DNA of 64,000 nt from Ascidiella aspersa (Eukaryota): contig OZ004612.1 in NCBI GenBank assembly GCA_963924565.1, forward strand, positions 16,802,001 through 16,866,000, written 5' to 3'. Made by a program: the position numbers and the translations under genes. Shown here piece after piece: positions 14,383-27,948 of the stretch. The notes below the pieces were generated by a model, which ran no database searches, had not been told where the DNA came from, and saw nothing but the letters and a program-made list of their open reading frames with translations. Each line of letters opens with the position of its first letter. Positions within the stretch are counted from its first letter, which is position 1.

Positions 14383-14744
14383 CAGTCCTTCGCAAGTGCT
14401 AATCGCTGCAAGACCGTTCCTATGTGAGGTAAGCTTTCCGTGGTAGTGGCAACCCAACTTTTCACTTCCTTGATCCTCTTCGACGAGCGAGGGTTGTTCC
14501 ATACCCACCCTCCTCTTCATTCTTCTAACGTTGAAATTTGGAGCGAGAAGTCGGTGGTTTGGCTCAAGGTGCATGTTAAAGTCTTCTCCGAACCCAACTA
14601 CGTGATACCTGAGGCCGACTTCTTCAGATTGTATAACCTCATCAGTAGTATCGCGCTTCATACGGTTAGATCGCAGATGACGTACGATGTGCGACTGATG
14701 ATTTAGCTGCTCATCGACCATTGACGGAATGACGACTTCAAAGT
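14383..14744 (-). CDS. ADAMTS16/18: ADAMTS16/18-like exon 3 (reprolysin propeptide)
   Basis: (D)FEVVIPSMVDEQ...RMKR...FGEDFNMHLEPNHRLLAP...CHYHG...AAISTCEGL, typical ADAMTS prodomain; tatacag acceptor, gtgagt donor. Confidence 0.92.
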
Positions 14745-17392
14745 CTGTATATAGGATAAACGCGAAATAGAAAATGATTTTGGAGTGTTTTTTTTATGTT
14801 GTCGTAGCAACCAAACAGTTTTGCATGTTACTATACTCACAGGCTATGGAACTGTAGTGACCGGTATTTCAATGACGATACAGATAAATGCATGTCTTCA
14901 GTTATGTTCTTTATTGTTTGTTTGTTTAAAAAAATACGTAATAAAACATTGCCGATATTTACGTTGACATTCTTTGGTAGCCTTTCCCAAAAACATCGGA
15001 AACAGCTTCGTGATTTCCGCCTTACGTTTATAGATACTGTGCATTAGAGCGTAACAGAATTATAAATCTTTACAATCACGAAGCGTTCCGCATGTTAAAA
15101 CTTCAACGAAAACAACTCGACCACCCCAGCAGTAAAATTATACAAGCTTCAGCGAGACAAAGCACACTTCTCTGCTGTCACAGGAAACAAGCGGTACGCT
15201 CTTGAAGCAAATAAACGCCTGTTGGTATTGACTTTGGCTGACAGGCGACATTAGACATCGGCGTTCTTGGTGTGGACAAGTCGACTCATACCCTATAGAT
15301 TTGCTAATGTATTTACGAATAGCTTGTTAGTATTTTGTGGGACGCGGATCAAAACGTAAAACACAGTTTACCGACAAGTCTGGACACATTTTGGCAAAGG
15401 ATCCTTCGACCAACAGACCTGCGACAAAGGACCCAGTCATACACTTTGGGCGGTACTTGTAAAACCAGCGTTTTAATGCATGGCGCTGAACCGTTCACGG
15501 TTTCCCGACATAACCATTCGGTTAAGCTTAGCCTAGTTGTTGACACAATGGTAGAGTTTATATTTTTCATGGTCGGTTAATCACACTGAATTTACCGCAT
15601 CGTTTACCCAACCGCCTAATACTCGGATATACGTTTATTAGTTTAACCTTTAGACAGCGTCGAAGCGTAGCGTGGAGTTTACCTTAACCTAATCGTATGC
15701 CTTCTTGCTACGTGAAAAGTTCCAAGGTGCGACGCGACGGCTTAATATACCGTGCTGTGATTAACTTGCTGCCGGTTACAAATTATTTCCTGAGTTGCTT
15801 TATCTAGGAAACAACCTTCCTGTCAAATTCGATATTCGCGTTATGGTAGTGCTTTCAACGACTTGCGTTTAATGACCACTGGTGACGTATATGCTGATAC
15901 CTCACTATGGATTGTAAAACTCTGCTGGTATCACACGCAATTTATGTTAGCCTTTCCTTTTTTTAGTTGTTGTTTGTCATTGTGTTTGAAAGGCCATGTA
16001 TGGGGAAATCACGTGGCACACTACGTACCGCCAACAGGTGAGGACAACTAGTGTTTTATAAATAGTCGGCTGCTCGCTTAGTTAAGGAGTAGCGACCGCA
16101 AGCTTTTCCGCAGCTCTGTTTGCAGGCGCTCGATCGCCGATTAGGTCTCGCAAACGAACGGAAACGACGCTTTACGCGCCACTAGATCTAACAGCGCCCA
16201 GGTCGCCGAGTCTGTTTACTTCCAGCCGGCGCGTTACAATACTTAGATTATGACGTAACCTTTCTAGCCGGTGGCGGTCATACAGGCATTGTACGGGAAG
16301 GCAGACAACAGACAATGGCTTTCAACTCGGCTTGTAGTTACGTGATGTGCAGAAGCGCGACAAATGTGAAGACTGAACGAGGTTAAAGACATATATCTTT
16401 GGTGTTATTTGACGCACAGATAAATGCTTCTGTGTTCCAAGAGAGGAATGACAACACCTTTCATTATTAAATGTATTTTTCAGCTACTATAGAATGTATT
16501 TACCACAATTCATTTCCAAGGTTATTCTTTTAAATGGCTACGCCTGTCCCGGCGCCTGTTCGTGACAAAATCGCGTAAACAGCTTTTAAATGTTGTTTCA
16601 CGCTGGCCCCTACCCCAGATTGGACCAACGCGAATTGTGCGAAATCATCGTTTAATCAAGTAACTAATCCCCCCAAAGATCACATTCACTTTTATCGCGG
16701 TGGTTTGTGTAAACTGTGCGAGGGAAAACGCCGTGTGAGGATCCGGTCAATTAATTTCAAGTGACTCGCAGAGCCACATGACTTCAATAAACTTTACTTC
16801 GAACGTCCTAAGCGGCTTCGCCTGAATAATACACGTTCCCGTATATAGCCTTTGTGCTGATGGAATTGCACCGCGATTTCAGTCAAATGAGGGTAAAATT
16901 GTATGCAGCTGCCAGCAATTTAGAGTGATAAAAGGAATATTTCGTCGTGTTGTTAAAGGCGAAATACTGGGTGTAATTTATATGCCGATGGGATAAGCGA
17001 CCAAAGACTTACACCCGGGAATTTACGGCCACAAACGATTGACCCATGTTTTCCAATTGGCGCCCTTAGCTTGTCGTGTCATCTGTTATCGAATGGGCGT
17101 TACTTCAATTCGAATTTACTGCTCAACTTTTAACATGGCATCGTAATAAATATATTTGTAGAATTTAGTTTAACTACAGAAAATCAGTTATGCCTATCTA
17201 AAGAATGGACAGTGTCTTACATAAACTGGCATACAATTCCAACAGCTAATTTGTTTGCGGGACTAAAAAGGATTCGCAAATAAAAATTTGTTTTAGATTT
17301 CGGGGTTTCAAACTTTTATTCAAGCAAATTGCAATGGGTAGTAAATACCTAATCTGATTTGAAAAATTCGTTCGATAAGTGAAGAAACCCAC

Positions 17393-17492
17393 CGTCGAGG
17401 TGTGAGTGCGTTGTCGACCTTAGCGTCCGGTGAAGTTCCTGATGGGATTTCGTGTAATGACTTGGCCACACTTCACGGGTACTGGGAGAGCT
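17393..17492 (-). CDS. ADAMTS16/18: ADAMTS16/18-like exon 2 (N-terminal prodomain)
   Basis: attgcag|SSPSTREVWPSHYTKSHQELHRTLRSTTHSHLD-G|gtgggt; 100 nt, phase 0 to 1, bridging exon 1 and exon 3 in frame. Confidence 0.65.
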
Positions 17493-19134
17493 CTGCAATA
17501 ATTGACAAACACGCAAGCTGTATTGCTTATGCGGAGATAGAGCAATGCCGAAGGTCGATAAATTACTTCATAATTCATTGCCTCGAACCGTGCCAAAAAA
17601 TCTGCGGAACGCTATAGCACTGAAATTGGGTTCCAAACAAGCATTTTCTAAGCGGAACAGAGGTATTTTCCCCTCAAGAAGAAGGATGGTGTCTGCTTGG
17701 CACTCTTCTATAAGTGCATTAAAGGCGAGGAGCGGTGGTTCCTAAAGGAGTTAGCGAAATAATGTGATTGCTGAAACCGCTACTCCCATTGCGTCTGGCT
17801 CATTGGCTTAAAGCAGACGCACCCGGTTTTGGAACAAGATCAGTCGCTGGGTCAGGCGCGTTTACACCAGGATGTGTCAAATGACCAGCGCTTATGTGTA
17901 TTGGAACCACTCTGATGTGATATCAAACGAAATTAAAATTACTGGGGTAAGCGCTCACAGAACGGGATTATTAATATAATATTAAATATATAAATATCGA
18001 AAAGCAGCACTAAATGATGGTTAGAAATATTAAATAACGTTTCTTTACTGCTTATTATGCTCTTGCGACGCATTAACTAATTCTCAAATTACCTTAGTAC
18101 CGATATTCCTACTGCAGGCATAATAATATTTTATTTTAGTTTTCGCTCGTTTGATCAATTGACAGGTTTTCAACAATTGCAAATCTTTCGCAATTTTTTT
18201 AAAGGTGATACTACGCCGGAATGTAGCATACACATTTAGCAGAATAGCGCTTTGCAACAAAACATTTGCATGTGTCTAGACGCCTGTCCCTAGGGAATTG
18301 ACGGGTTTTCATTCTTGAACTTCGTCGATGACGTCCACAAGCTGTAACGTCTCGAGTTGAAGAGCAACCTTATAAATCGTGGCATAGCGCGCTTGTTTAA
18401 TTGATAGCAAACAGCGAAATGTGTGTTATTACAACTTCGGTGTTTATTTTGTTAACCGAGCAACAACTCCCCGAGCCAACCAATGGCGTCTGTGAAAAAG
18501 GGCCTATTTTTCACTAAACATGAAATTAAGCCTATTATATTATGTTGTACGCCATATGTTTGTAATGTTGGTCCCGACTAAGTTTTTAGTTAAACGGCAT
18601 AGTAAACTTCACAGCGCTGATCGCTTTCAACCAACAACGCCTCATAATACGGAACTCGCGCGCGCTGCGAGCAATGCAATGTTGTACGACGCTCGTAACG
18701 TTCTTAAGCCCAGACTTGTAGTTCTTGCAGCTGTTTAGCAAATTATTAACCGGGTTGGTACCAGGCCATCGCCTATTTTAATGACAAAACATGTTGAACT
18801 CGCTTTGAATTTTACCCGCTACAATATTTTGCCGACGAGTGGTCACATATTGTGAGATTTTTTTACAACAATATTACTCGAAGAACAAAAAATCATTTCA
18901 CCTAGCTTATGTTAGAAAGTGGAATGAGGATCGTGCAATAAAATGTCAACACTATATATCACAATTTCACATATTTTTACGTTTAAGGTGCGATGTAAGT
19001 GTTACTGACTATTTCTCGCTACCTTATACCGTAATGGTATTTTAGCGTTTATTTTATTCATCTCGAGCATTAGGTTCTTTAATGTAAGTCTATTTCTTAT
19101 TGCGCCATATAATATTATTCATACAAGTACTTAC

Positions 19135-19212
19135 GTGGACATGGTGAAGAAATATCGAAATAGGTATCACAGTAAAGAAAAGCAAGCAGCTTGTAGATGT
19201 TGCGCGGGGCAT
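19135..19212 (-). CDS. ADAMTS16/18: ADAMTS16/18-like metalloprotease, coding exon 1 (signal peptide)
   Basis: ATG at 19212 gives MPRATSTSCLLFFTVIPISIFLHHVH with a hydrophobic core. Donor gtaagt, phase 0, matches the next exon. Confidence 0.75.
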
Positions 19213-20552
19213 TGCTTGTAAGTGCGCTATTGACTTCTCGGGATCACGTTAGCCGGGATATCGATGCTTATATCCCGCCGTTTCTTGCTGGAACGCTTGT
19301 GTATGCGTAGTCCGGAAAGTTTGGCGGCTTCAGTCCAAAGCGTTTTGCGTCTGCTATGCATACAAGCGGCGAGATTTTGTTTATTCTTTACCGGAATTCG
19401 GAAAAATTCTTGACAAAAACTTGCAATTGATGTTCATTAACTATTAACGCTATTTCTTTTTTGTGACTACTTTGCCACTGAATGCCAACCGTCCCTAAAA
19501 AAACGTCTATTAATTCAAAACAGTACAGATACACTTCGTTAAGTTAAATTAATGGCATATTCCAAATGCATATTATATATCCTCTATCTCTGCCGCATTT
19601 GACAAGCTAAGCACACATTTCGTCGACCTCGGACAATTGCGACTAAGCTTCTGTCGTTTGGCAATAAACGGAGGTAACCTTTTTCCTTTTTGCTAACGAC
19701 TCTCTCAACCAGTTCTCTCGCACCTGCGTCTCTAGCACATCAGTGTAGGTGCCGCCAAATCACTGATATACCTCAGGGTAGGCTTTGGGCCACCAAGCTC
19801 GGCGATTTTTTCACTCGCGTCGACAAACAAGGGCCGAATTATGACGCAAACAAAGCACACGGTATCGAAGACCTCCTCGAAGCCATTGCTGCAAGCGCAA
19901 GCCTGACGAGTATGGCACACAGGCGGCGGCGACGTCGGGGCCATAGAGCTTCGGCAATATCGCTGTGTGGGTAAGGAACAATGGCCGCGACAGGAAACTA
20001 CACATTTGTCAGGTGCTTGAACCACGGCGGCGAAACGGTGCTAATAAAACGAAAGCAAGCAAACACACTTCATATCCACACACGTTGCGCTCAGTCGCCG
20101 CATAGAGTTCCAACTACTGCTACGACTTGTATCGCCAGTTTATCGCTTTTACTATTTTCTGAGTTTGTTATCGTTCAGTGTGCATATATTTACAAGAGTA
20201 GCGAAACTTTTGGTGTTTTATGCGACACAAAGTCACATCAGTCCAACAAAATTAAATGTATTTAACCAACAGTAAAAATGTTTATAAACTTAAACCATTT
20301 CGATCTTAAGAATGGTTAACATATCACTACACTAACCACCGTTTTGAATGTGATGATTTCTTGTACTATTTATACCCTTTTCTTAAAAGAGTCACCGACA
20401 AAAACAACTTATTGTGGTTAAATAGGGTGGTTTTACTCTCAGTGTTTTGTTGATAGTTTAAAACAAAACACACTCGCGAGAAGTAAGGGATTTGCCAGGT
20501 TGGCGGATTTGTTTCTATAGAGTATCATTCGCATGGGGCCATTGGGTTAAAC

Positions 20553-20885
20553 CAGTGCTTCCCAACCAGTGGGCCGCGACCCATTGGTGGGTCACAAAGC
20601 TATTTCAGTTGGGTCGCGAAGCATTTCTAAGTGTTACAGTTTTCTATTAAATTGGTAAATTATTGCATTATCATCACCTAACATTTATGCAACCATGTAA
20701 CAAATACGTAACAATTAGAATTAACTGTTTAAGTACACCAGTAGTAAAGATGCCTTGTATGTGTATACATTGTTTCTTTTCTCATTAATTTGTTTTTCAT
20801 TCGTTTGGTCATATCTCATTGTGGGTCGCACAATAAAACTCGCACTAAAAGTGGGTCGAGGACTGAAAAAGGTTGGGAAGCCCTG
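20553..20885. mobile_element. Non-autonomous hAT (Buster/Charlie-type) MITE
   Basis: TIRs CAGTGCTTCCCAACC / GGTTGGGAAGCCCTG; TSD ggttaaac/agttaaac. Confidence 0.85.
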
Positions 20886-22028
20886 AGTTAAACGATTTAC
20901 GCCAAACGGGATAAAATATACTAAAAGCTAATTGGTATTTGGACTAAAAATTTCAAAAATTTCTATGGCGTATCTAAAATATCTAAAATGGGGCAAATAT
21001 ATATATTCAAGAGCCACGACCTCGTCCCAAAACGTTATATTTGTAAAATTAGGCTAAAAAATCCCAGTTAAAATACATCACATCTGGGTCGTAGGCCATA
21101 GTTTCCCGACCCCAGACTTATATCGTCGGTGTAGCGAAACCCAAACGAAACATTTTCCCACCGTAACTCCAAAAAGAATCATCTCTACCTTTACGCCAAC
21201 TCGCCCTGAAAGTCCTAAAGTCCCTATTAACTTCAATTGGTCAAAAAATGTTTCAACCCTAATCAAATTGTTGGTTAGCGCAGCTGCAATCATTTCCTAC
21301 GTTTGTGAAGCCCGTCGTCGACCGGACGATCGGCATTCAAGCGACAAGTACGTTCAAGTGAAGAGTGGCTATCAAAACATACCGGCTTTCTGTCTTCTGT
21401 GTATCACGTTTGAACACGAAAAGAGGCTCTCCCCGCCTTAACTTAGGCTGTGCCGTTCTTTAAAAAGAGCGTTTTTTGTTCTCAAGCTAGGTAAGCAACG
21501 TTGGAAATAAAACTAAAAATTTGATTCGCAACAGTTTATGTTTATAAAATTGTACATGATCTAATTTTTTTGAGCATTGTTTAGCAGCAGGAGAGTTAAA
21601 GCATTGTTTTTCATTTGATGGAGATTAAAGTAGGCTACTTTTCACATTTCGCGATAATTACTTTTCTAAATTACGAGCAATTGCATTGTAATATCTATAT
21701 TGTCTTAGTAGGCTAATATATAAGATGTGATAAACTTGATCCTTATGGTTCAGGTTTATAGTAAGGCAATCAAGATGCTGTTAGTTGACCGCTACTGGTT
21801 ATTGATAAAGAGTTAGGTTAAAGTGCGAATATCAAATAACTTCAAGTTATATAGTTTAGACCAGTGGTTCTCAAAGTTTTTTTCGAATTCCTCCCTTACA
21901 AGCCCAAATACTATTAATTCCTCCCCGGAAAAAACACAAGGTATTCTATATTTTTTATTCATTACTTCGATGTAATTTTGATGCGCTAACAGTTTGAAAG
22001 TTCAGTTGGTTTGAACGTATCTATAGCG

Positions 22029-23308
22029 CAGTGTTTCTTAACCTTTTTTACTCGGGGACGCACCTAGAGATCGCGAAATTTTTTAGGTGTACTTGTATTT
22101 CTCTGAAATTGCTTGCCATTTTTTTATTATATAGGTTTATAGTTGCATATCTTTAAAGCAGGGGTGTCCAACAAGCGGCACGCGAGCCCTCCCCGAAAAA
22201 TACTAAAATTGTTATTTAGCCAATTGCCAAAAAAGCTCAATTTGTTATTCAGCCAATTGTCAGAAAATACTAAGTTTGTTGTACAGCCAATTTGTTTGTT
22301 CAGAATATACCATTGTTTGTTCACAATATAAAACAATCGCGGCAATCACGACAACCAACAATTACTTTTGATATAATAACATTATACTGTGTGGAGGCTA
22401 GCATTCACATAATATTATATAGCTTGTTGTGAAAAAAAAGGCAGCTCACCGAGAGACACTTTGATGTAGTGATGCGCATTTCTACTAAACATTTTTTTTC
22501 TAGTTTAAATAAACGTTCTTATTTTTGGTAAAATAAGCGCTTTTATCATTAAAAAGAATTGGTTCGGTTACGAAACTTTGGCACGGGAAAAAGTTATAAG
22601 ATAAAAATTGGCACGCCGGCATGTTTGAGTTGGACACCCCTGCTTTAAAGAGACCCCAAGCCTTTGAGACCAAATCGGAATAAAAGACAGTTAGGAATAC
22701 GGCGAAAAAATGACAAAATCGGAAGACCTAAATGGCCAAAATAAGGCCAATACAACCTTTTATCTAGCCCCAAACACCACCCATAACTAACACCAACTCC
22801 CCGAATATTTTTAACCCTAGCCCAATTGCTAACATCACCAACTACCGCCTATAAGCCCAAACAGAGGCAACAAATCCGGGGCCAAAACAGCGGCACCCAA
22901 ATGTCGACAGCAAACGGCCAATGCCAAACAGGTGTCCCCCAATCATCCCATGCCCTTTCGCTACAGTCCTGGGCGTAATTTTGTCTTATTCCGATTAATT
23001 CAGAGATTAATTCGACATGTTTAGGTCTTATCTAGACTATTTTAGATCTTATTCTGTTGTGGTCATTGATGTGAATTTGGCGTTATTATGTCGGTGGTCT
23101 TAGTAAGATGGTATTATGGAAATTCTGACTTGCTTTGTAGGTATTCTTGTGTTTTCTACTTGAAAGTATTGTGGAATCAATGAGCTAAGCCTAATAGAAA
23201 AGTAAAAATACACTTTTTATATATTAACTTATTTTTTTTCTTTTGCTCGTGGCGCACCTGGCAGCCTTCCATGGCGCACCAGTGCGCCGCACCGGTTAAG
23301 AATCGCTG
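22029..23308. mobile_element. hAT MITE, middle element of the nest
   Basis: TIRs CAGTGTTTCTTAACC / GGTTAAGAATCGCTG; perfect TSD ctatagcg. Confidence 0.88.
22159..22642. mobile_element. hAT MITE, innermost element of the nest
   Basis: Perfect TIRs CAGGGGTGTCCAAC / GTTGGACACCCCTG; perfect TSD ctttaaag. Confidence 0.92.
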
Positions 23309-26300
23309 CTATAGCGTATTGATTTAATACCTATGTCAAATGCCTGAAACGGGTGTATATTTCGTTAATGGCTGTTACTGTGAAGAAATAATATAGACTA
23401 ATATGTAACAGTAAAGAAACAATAGACCAATATTTAACTGTGAATAACAATGGACTTAGATTATGGGTCTGATAGACTTTTTTCAACACCAATCGTTACA
23501 GTTAAATAAGGTTTTTATTGCATTTAACCGATTAAGTAAGTTATTTTTATTATCCATTTTTTCTCCCCAATTCCTCCCGGGACCAAATTTCCTCCCCAAG
23601 TTTAAAAATTCCTCCTTAAGGGAGCCAAGTGGCTCACTTTGAGAACCACTGGTTTAGACTTTCTTGTCTCAGTCAAATCAGTCACCGCATAGGTTCTATT
23701 AACTTCAAGTTAATGACATGTTTAATTAGTGTAAATTTAGGAGACTTAGCATTATATCTCTGGATAGTATTAAACAAATAATTTGTTTTTTACGAAGTTT
23801 AAGCTGAACTTAACATGATAACTCACACCCCCAGGTTTCATTCGTTCGGCTCTCGCATTTTGCCCCAATGAAGATGCAATACAGTTGAAATGTTGTTCAA
23901 AACAATATTCAAAACTAAACTGCACATTTTAAGCTGAACAGCAATTTCAACTATAGTTTTAGTTAAATTTGTATTTTGTTTTTAAAACATAACAACAAAA
24001 AGCATATCTGGCCCACGTTTTTGGCTCGCGATCGCCAGGCTGTACAGTTGTCCGACCCTTTATGAAACATTTTGGTAACCCCTGGGATAAACATTGACTA
24101 TAGTTAGCTAGCAACAAAGGCGTTTTAACTATGAAATGATTTAGATCAAACCTGTGAATTTTGACCAAATTTTAACATTTTTGCGAATCTAAAAAAAGTC
24201 ATTTGAGTAAAACAACAATTCTTTTTGCATTTATCATTCTTGTTTCGTTTGCTTAACGCGATGCTGGACAAATGTACGCAAAGTCTTTTGGAAAAACCTT
24301 AAGGGATTCGAAGTCGAACTGAATTCGAGTGATTTAGAAAAATACAGAATATATCAGTGGCGCACTTCAGAATCTCTCGGTGCACGCCAGTCGCCAGTGT
24401 GCCGCTGCCACCAGTTTGAAATTACTTGATTACTCGAGCAAATAGCCAGTTTAGTATAAGTAAATAAATTGATAACATAATTTTCGTATGGCAAGTGCGC
24501 CTGCGGATTATATACAACATCTGCCCACCCTTTAACAAAGAAATTATCGGATTGGTCAAATATTAGAAAATAAAATATATATCTACCTTGAGTTGTTTAT
24601 TGTAATTAAAAGTTCAAGTTGCTAGGTTCTAGTGACAAACGTTACGACGATCAGCAATCGCCCAGGTAAGTAGGATTAAAGTCACCGCGGTTTTGAGTCA
24701 ATTAGGAAAACGAACAAAGAAATGTTGTTAAGGCTCTCTTGCCGTTACGGAAGTTTTTGATTTCTATAAAAGGAATGTATCCGCCAATGTGTGAATGGAT
24801 CATCTCACAATAGGAATTTGGTCTGGGTGTCAAAAAGGTGTTATAAAAAACAATATCATATCGGATTCCTTATTGACGTCTTTAGAAAACAGTTTAATCT
24901 GTTACGCTATAGAAAGCCGAACGCCCCATCACCGGGAAGTGGTTTCATTTTCAAAGCGCCAATGCGCCTTCAACAATGGGCCACGCGAGTAGAACACAAC
25001 AAATATCGCCGGGTCAGATCGAATAACGATGGCACACGCCCCAAAAACATACCTGCAAACCAATTATTAAACTAGCAAACAGAACAAAACAAAAAACAGT
25101 TATGTGAAAAGAAGGGATTTAACGGAATTCAGTGTAAGTTCGGAGCGCACTTATTTTCTCGATTTTTTCTCGTCAGTTCTGGTCAGTGTGTTTCAGGTCA
25201 GCGATTAGCTGACGTAAAATAGGGGTTCATGTAATACCATACAGATCACTTCACACCTCGGCGGCACGAAGCGGAACTAAAGCGGAACCCGAAATTACAA
25301 CCAAGCTTCTGTAAAGTACATCAAGCTACGATTTCGCGCGAACAAGGCTTCTTAAAAGACGCTTAATTTTTTCTCGAATAAACTTTGTCTGTTGACACGC
25401 CAACCGCCCGTTTGGTTAGCAACATTAAAACCAGCCAAAAACACGAAAGCAGCATTAAGGCGCTGGATGCGCGTCAATCAGCCTAGCGAACACAGTGAAC
25501 AGGTCATAACCGATGGCGGGGAATTGTGGCGCTCTGTGTTAATAAAGCGACCGAGCGTCGAAAATAGTCAGTCGAAAAACGCGAATATGATCGAGCGTCG
25601 CGCGGTTGACTCGTTGGCGAAGGACAATGCCCCGGCTTTTATTTACCTTGCGAGAATAGTGGGAAGCTAGGTCGCGACATTAGGAAAAAGTAAAGCTGAT
25701 GATTTGGTCGCGACAATCACATTTCGATTGTAGGGCGCTCGAGTTGACAATTAAAAATCAGTCAACAGTCATTTGTTCTTGCCATATTTCGCCATATTCC
25801 ATAAAGTTATCTACCTACTACATTTTTTATTTAAGTTGCTTGAGTTTTATTACCGTTTTCCACTTTTGTTAGCGTTCCACAAGTTCGCAATATGTTTTAC
25901 AATTAGAGTCGATCTAGGCGAAGAAATTTGTGCCATTTTCTAATTAATTACTTCAGGGTTACCAATAAAGCGCGTAAGTTACCTAGAAACTTATTTTATT
26001 TATAGATTTGGTTTGCAACCTTCGACCAGTGACCACAACAACCCGAAATTTCGACTTGCTTAAGACGATATGTTATTTGAAGTTGTTTGATCCATCATCT
26101 CGTTTTCCGGTCCATGTCAGAAAGCTTTTCAAATGCGGACAGTTATTTAAGCGGCTTGTTGCCTCGGTAGCCTTACGAAAGTACATATTTGCTTCTTCCT
26201 ATCGGGACGGACATAAAGAAAAATCTAATCGATTTATCACTCTAACAATATCCTTTGTCAAATTTGTTGAAGAATCCCATCCGACTTCCAGTTGAAAACT

Positions 26301-27579
26301 TGCTTATCGTTCAATTAGTTAGAACCGACGTTCGGGTTGCTGCCACCTTTCTCGCTGGTTTAAAACTGGCAACCGTAATCCGTTGGCAACGTTTCAAAAG
26401 CAGGACTTTTAGGTATTTGACGTTTGAAATTTTCTTGCAACCAATCGTTTATAAATTAGTTAGCACAACATCTTATAAGTTATTTTGACTTTTCCTACAT
26501 GCAAACCGTAGGCATTATAAATTTTCTAAATAGTATGCGGCATTGCTTTCTGATGACACGTTGGGAGTATATAGTCCAGCCTGTTTCAGGATAGTCAAAC
26601 AAACTGCAAATTCAGCAACGACGCCTGTGGTATGCGCAGCCGCAGCATGTTTCTCCCACCAATAACCCCTACAGTTTAGTAACACACAACTTGTACATAA
26701 ATATGTTGTGCTGACAGTGCAGTTCAATGCTTTAAATTTAGACATTGCAACATATTGCGTTTACGAATGTTGCTTCGTAACCCATAATTTGACGTATCAT
26801 TATCTAATTTTATATACAGACTTATTGAGTATAAAATGGCTTTAGGAGAAAGATCAATAGTGTGTATATAAAAAACGACCTAATAATATTATGGTACCGT
26901 ATACAAAAAAATTAAAAAAAAAAATTTTGTATGACGCAACCTTATTTAATTTTTGTTTAAAAAGTTTGTTTAATTTAGTCATTTTGTAATTGTTTTTAGA
27001 TGAAAAGTCATTTTGTAACTCAGTTTATAAAGCCATCATGCTGAGCTGCGATTTTTGTTACAAATATTTGTTTTAACTTGTAGATAAATACCTCTTAAAG
27101 TATCCATTCTATTGGGTCAAGAATTAAGTAAAACAACCCTTAACGTAAGATATTTTATGTTTAGCTAGCAGAGCCATGAAGGTCGTTGCTTAGGGTCGGG
27201 AACATAAAAATATTCAAAATGAAGTCACAAAGTTACATCAGAACGTAACGTCATAATCTTTATAAACCTGCTGTTTCTCGAGAAAGCTTATGCGCAAATA
27301 AGGAACTAACATCAAGTCTAGCCGCGCGAAGCGCAAAAACTGTTTATTTGATTAGTTTTAGCGAAATTTTTAGTGGACGACGAATCGGGTACATAAAAAT
27401 TCATAAAATATACATGACATTGTGCGATAATAGCCTTTATCTGATTCTAGAGTCGAGACGATTGTGACAAGCAAGTTGTGAGTGCCATTGGCTCTGCGTC
27501 TGTATGTCTTTGAAAAAGCATGTAACAAAAAGCCCGGCAAAACTGTACTAGATTTATGGCTGATAATGTATGCTTTAAC

Positions 27580-27948
27580 CAGGGCTGCGGAGTCGGAGTC
27601 GGGCTCGGGACTCGGAACTCGAGGAGTCGGTCTATTTTGCTGGAGTCGGACTCGGGACTCGGGACTCGAGTAAGACCGCGTAAAACTACCCGAGTCCCGA
27701 GTCCTGAATCCGACGTGCGCATGCGCAGTACCAAATTTTTAAACTGATATGGCCGCCAACTGTTGTATAAATTAGCGGAATACAGGCTGTGGAGTCAGGG
27801 CTAGACTCGGGACTCGATAAAATCGCACATTTGACCGGAGTCGGACTCGGGACTCGGGACTCGGGACTCGGGACTCGGGAGTCGGACTCGGGTTTATTTT
27901 TTTGGCCGGAGTCGGACTCGGGTTATTTTAACCGACTCCGCAGCCCTG
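27580..27948. mobile_element. GGACTCG-repeat MITE (hAT-like)
   Basis: 17-bp perfect TIRs CAGGGCTGCGGAGTCGG / CCGACTCCGCAGCCCTG; many subterminal GGACTCG/GGAGTC repeats; related copies at 48836, 49317 and 59172. Confidence 0.88.

Larger units (their letters stand above)
21862..23651. mobile_element. hAT MITE, outer element of a triple nest
   Basis: Perfect TIRs CAGTGGTTCTCAAAGT / ACTTTGAGAACCACTG; perfect TSD gtttagac. Confidence 0.9.

Noticed and set aside
14840-14900. Small ADAMTS exon ending in gtgagt
   Set aside because: The required phase contains a TGA; exon 17393-17492 fits the phases instead.
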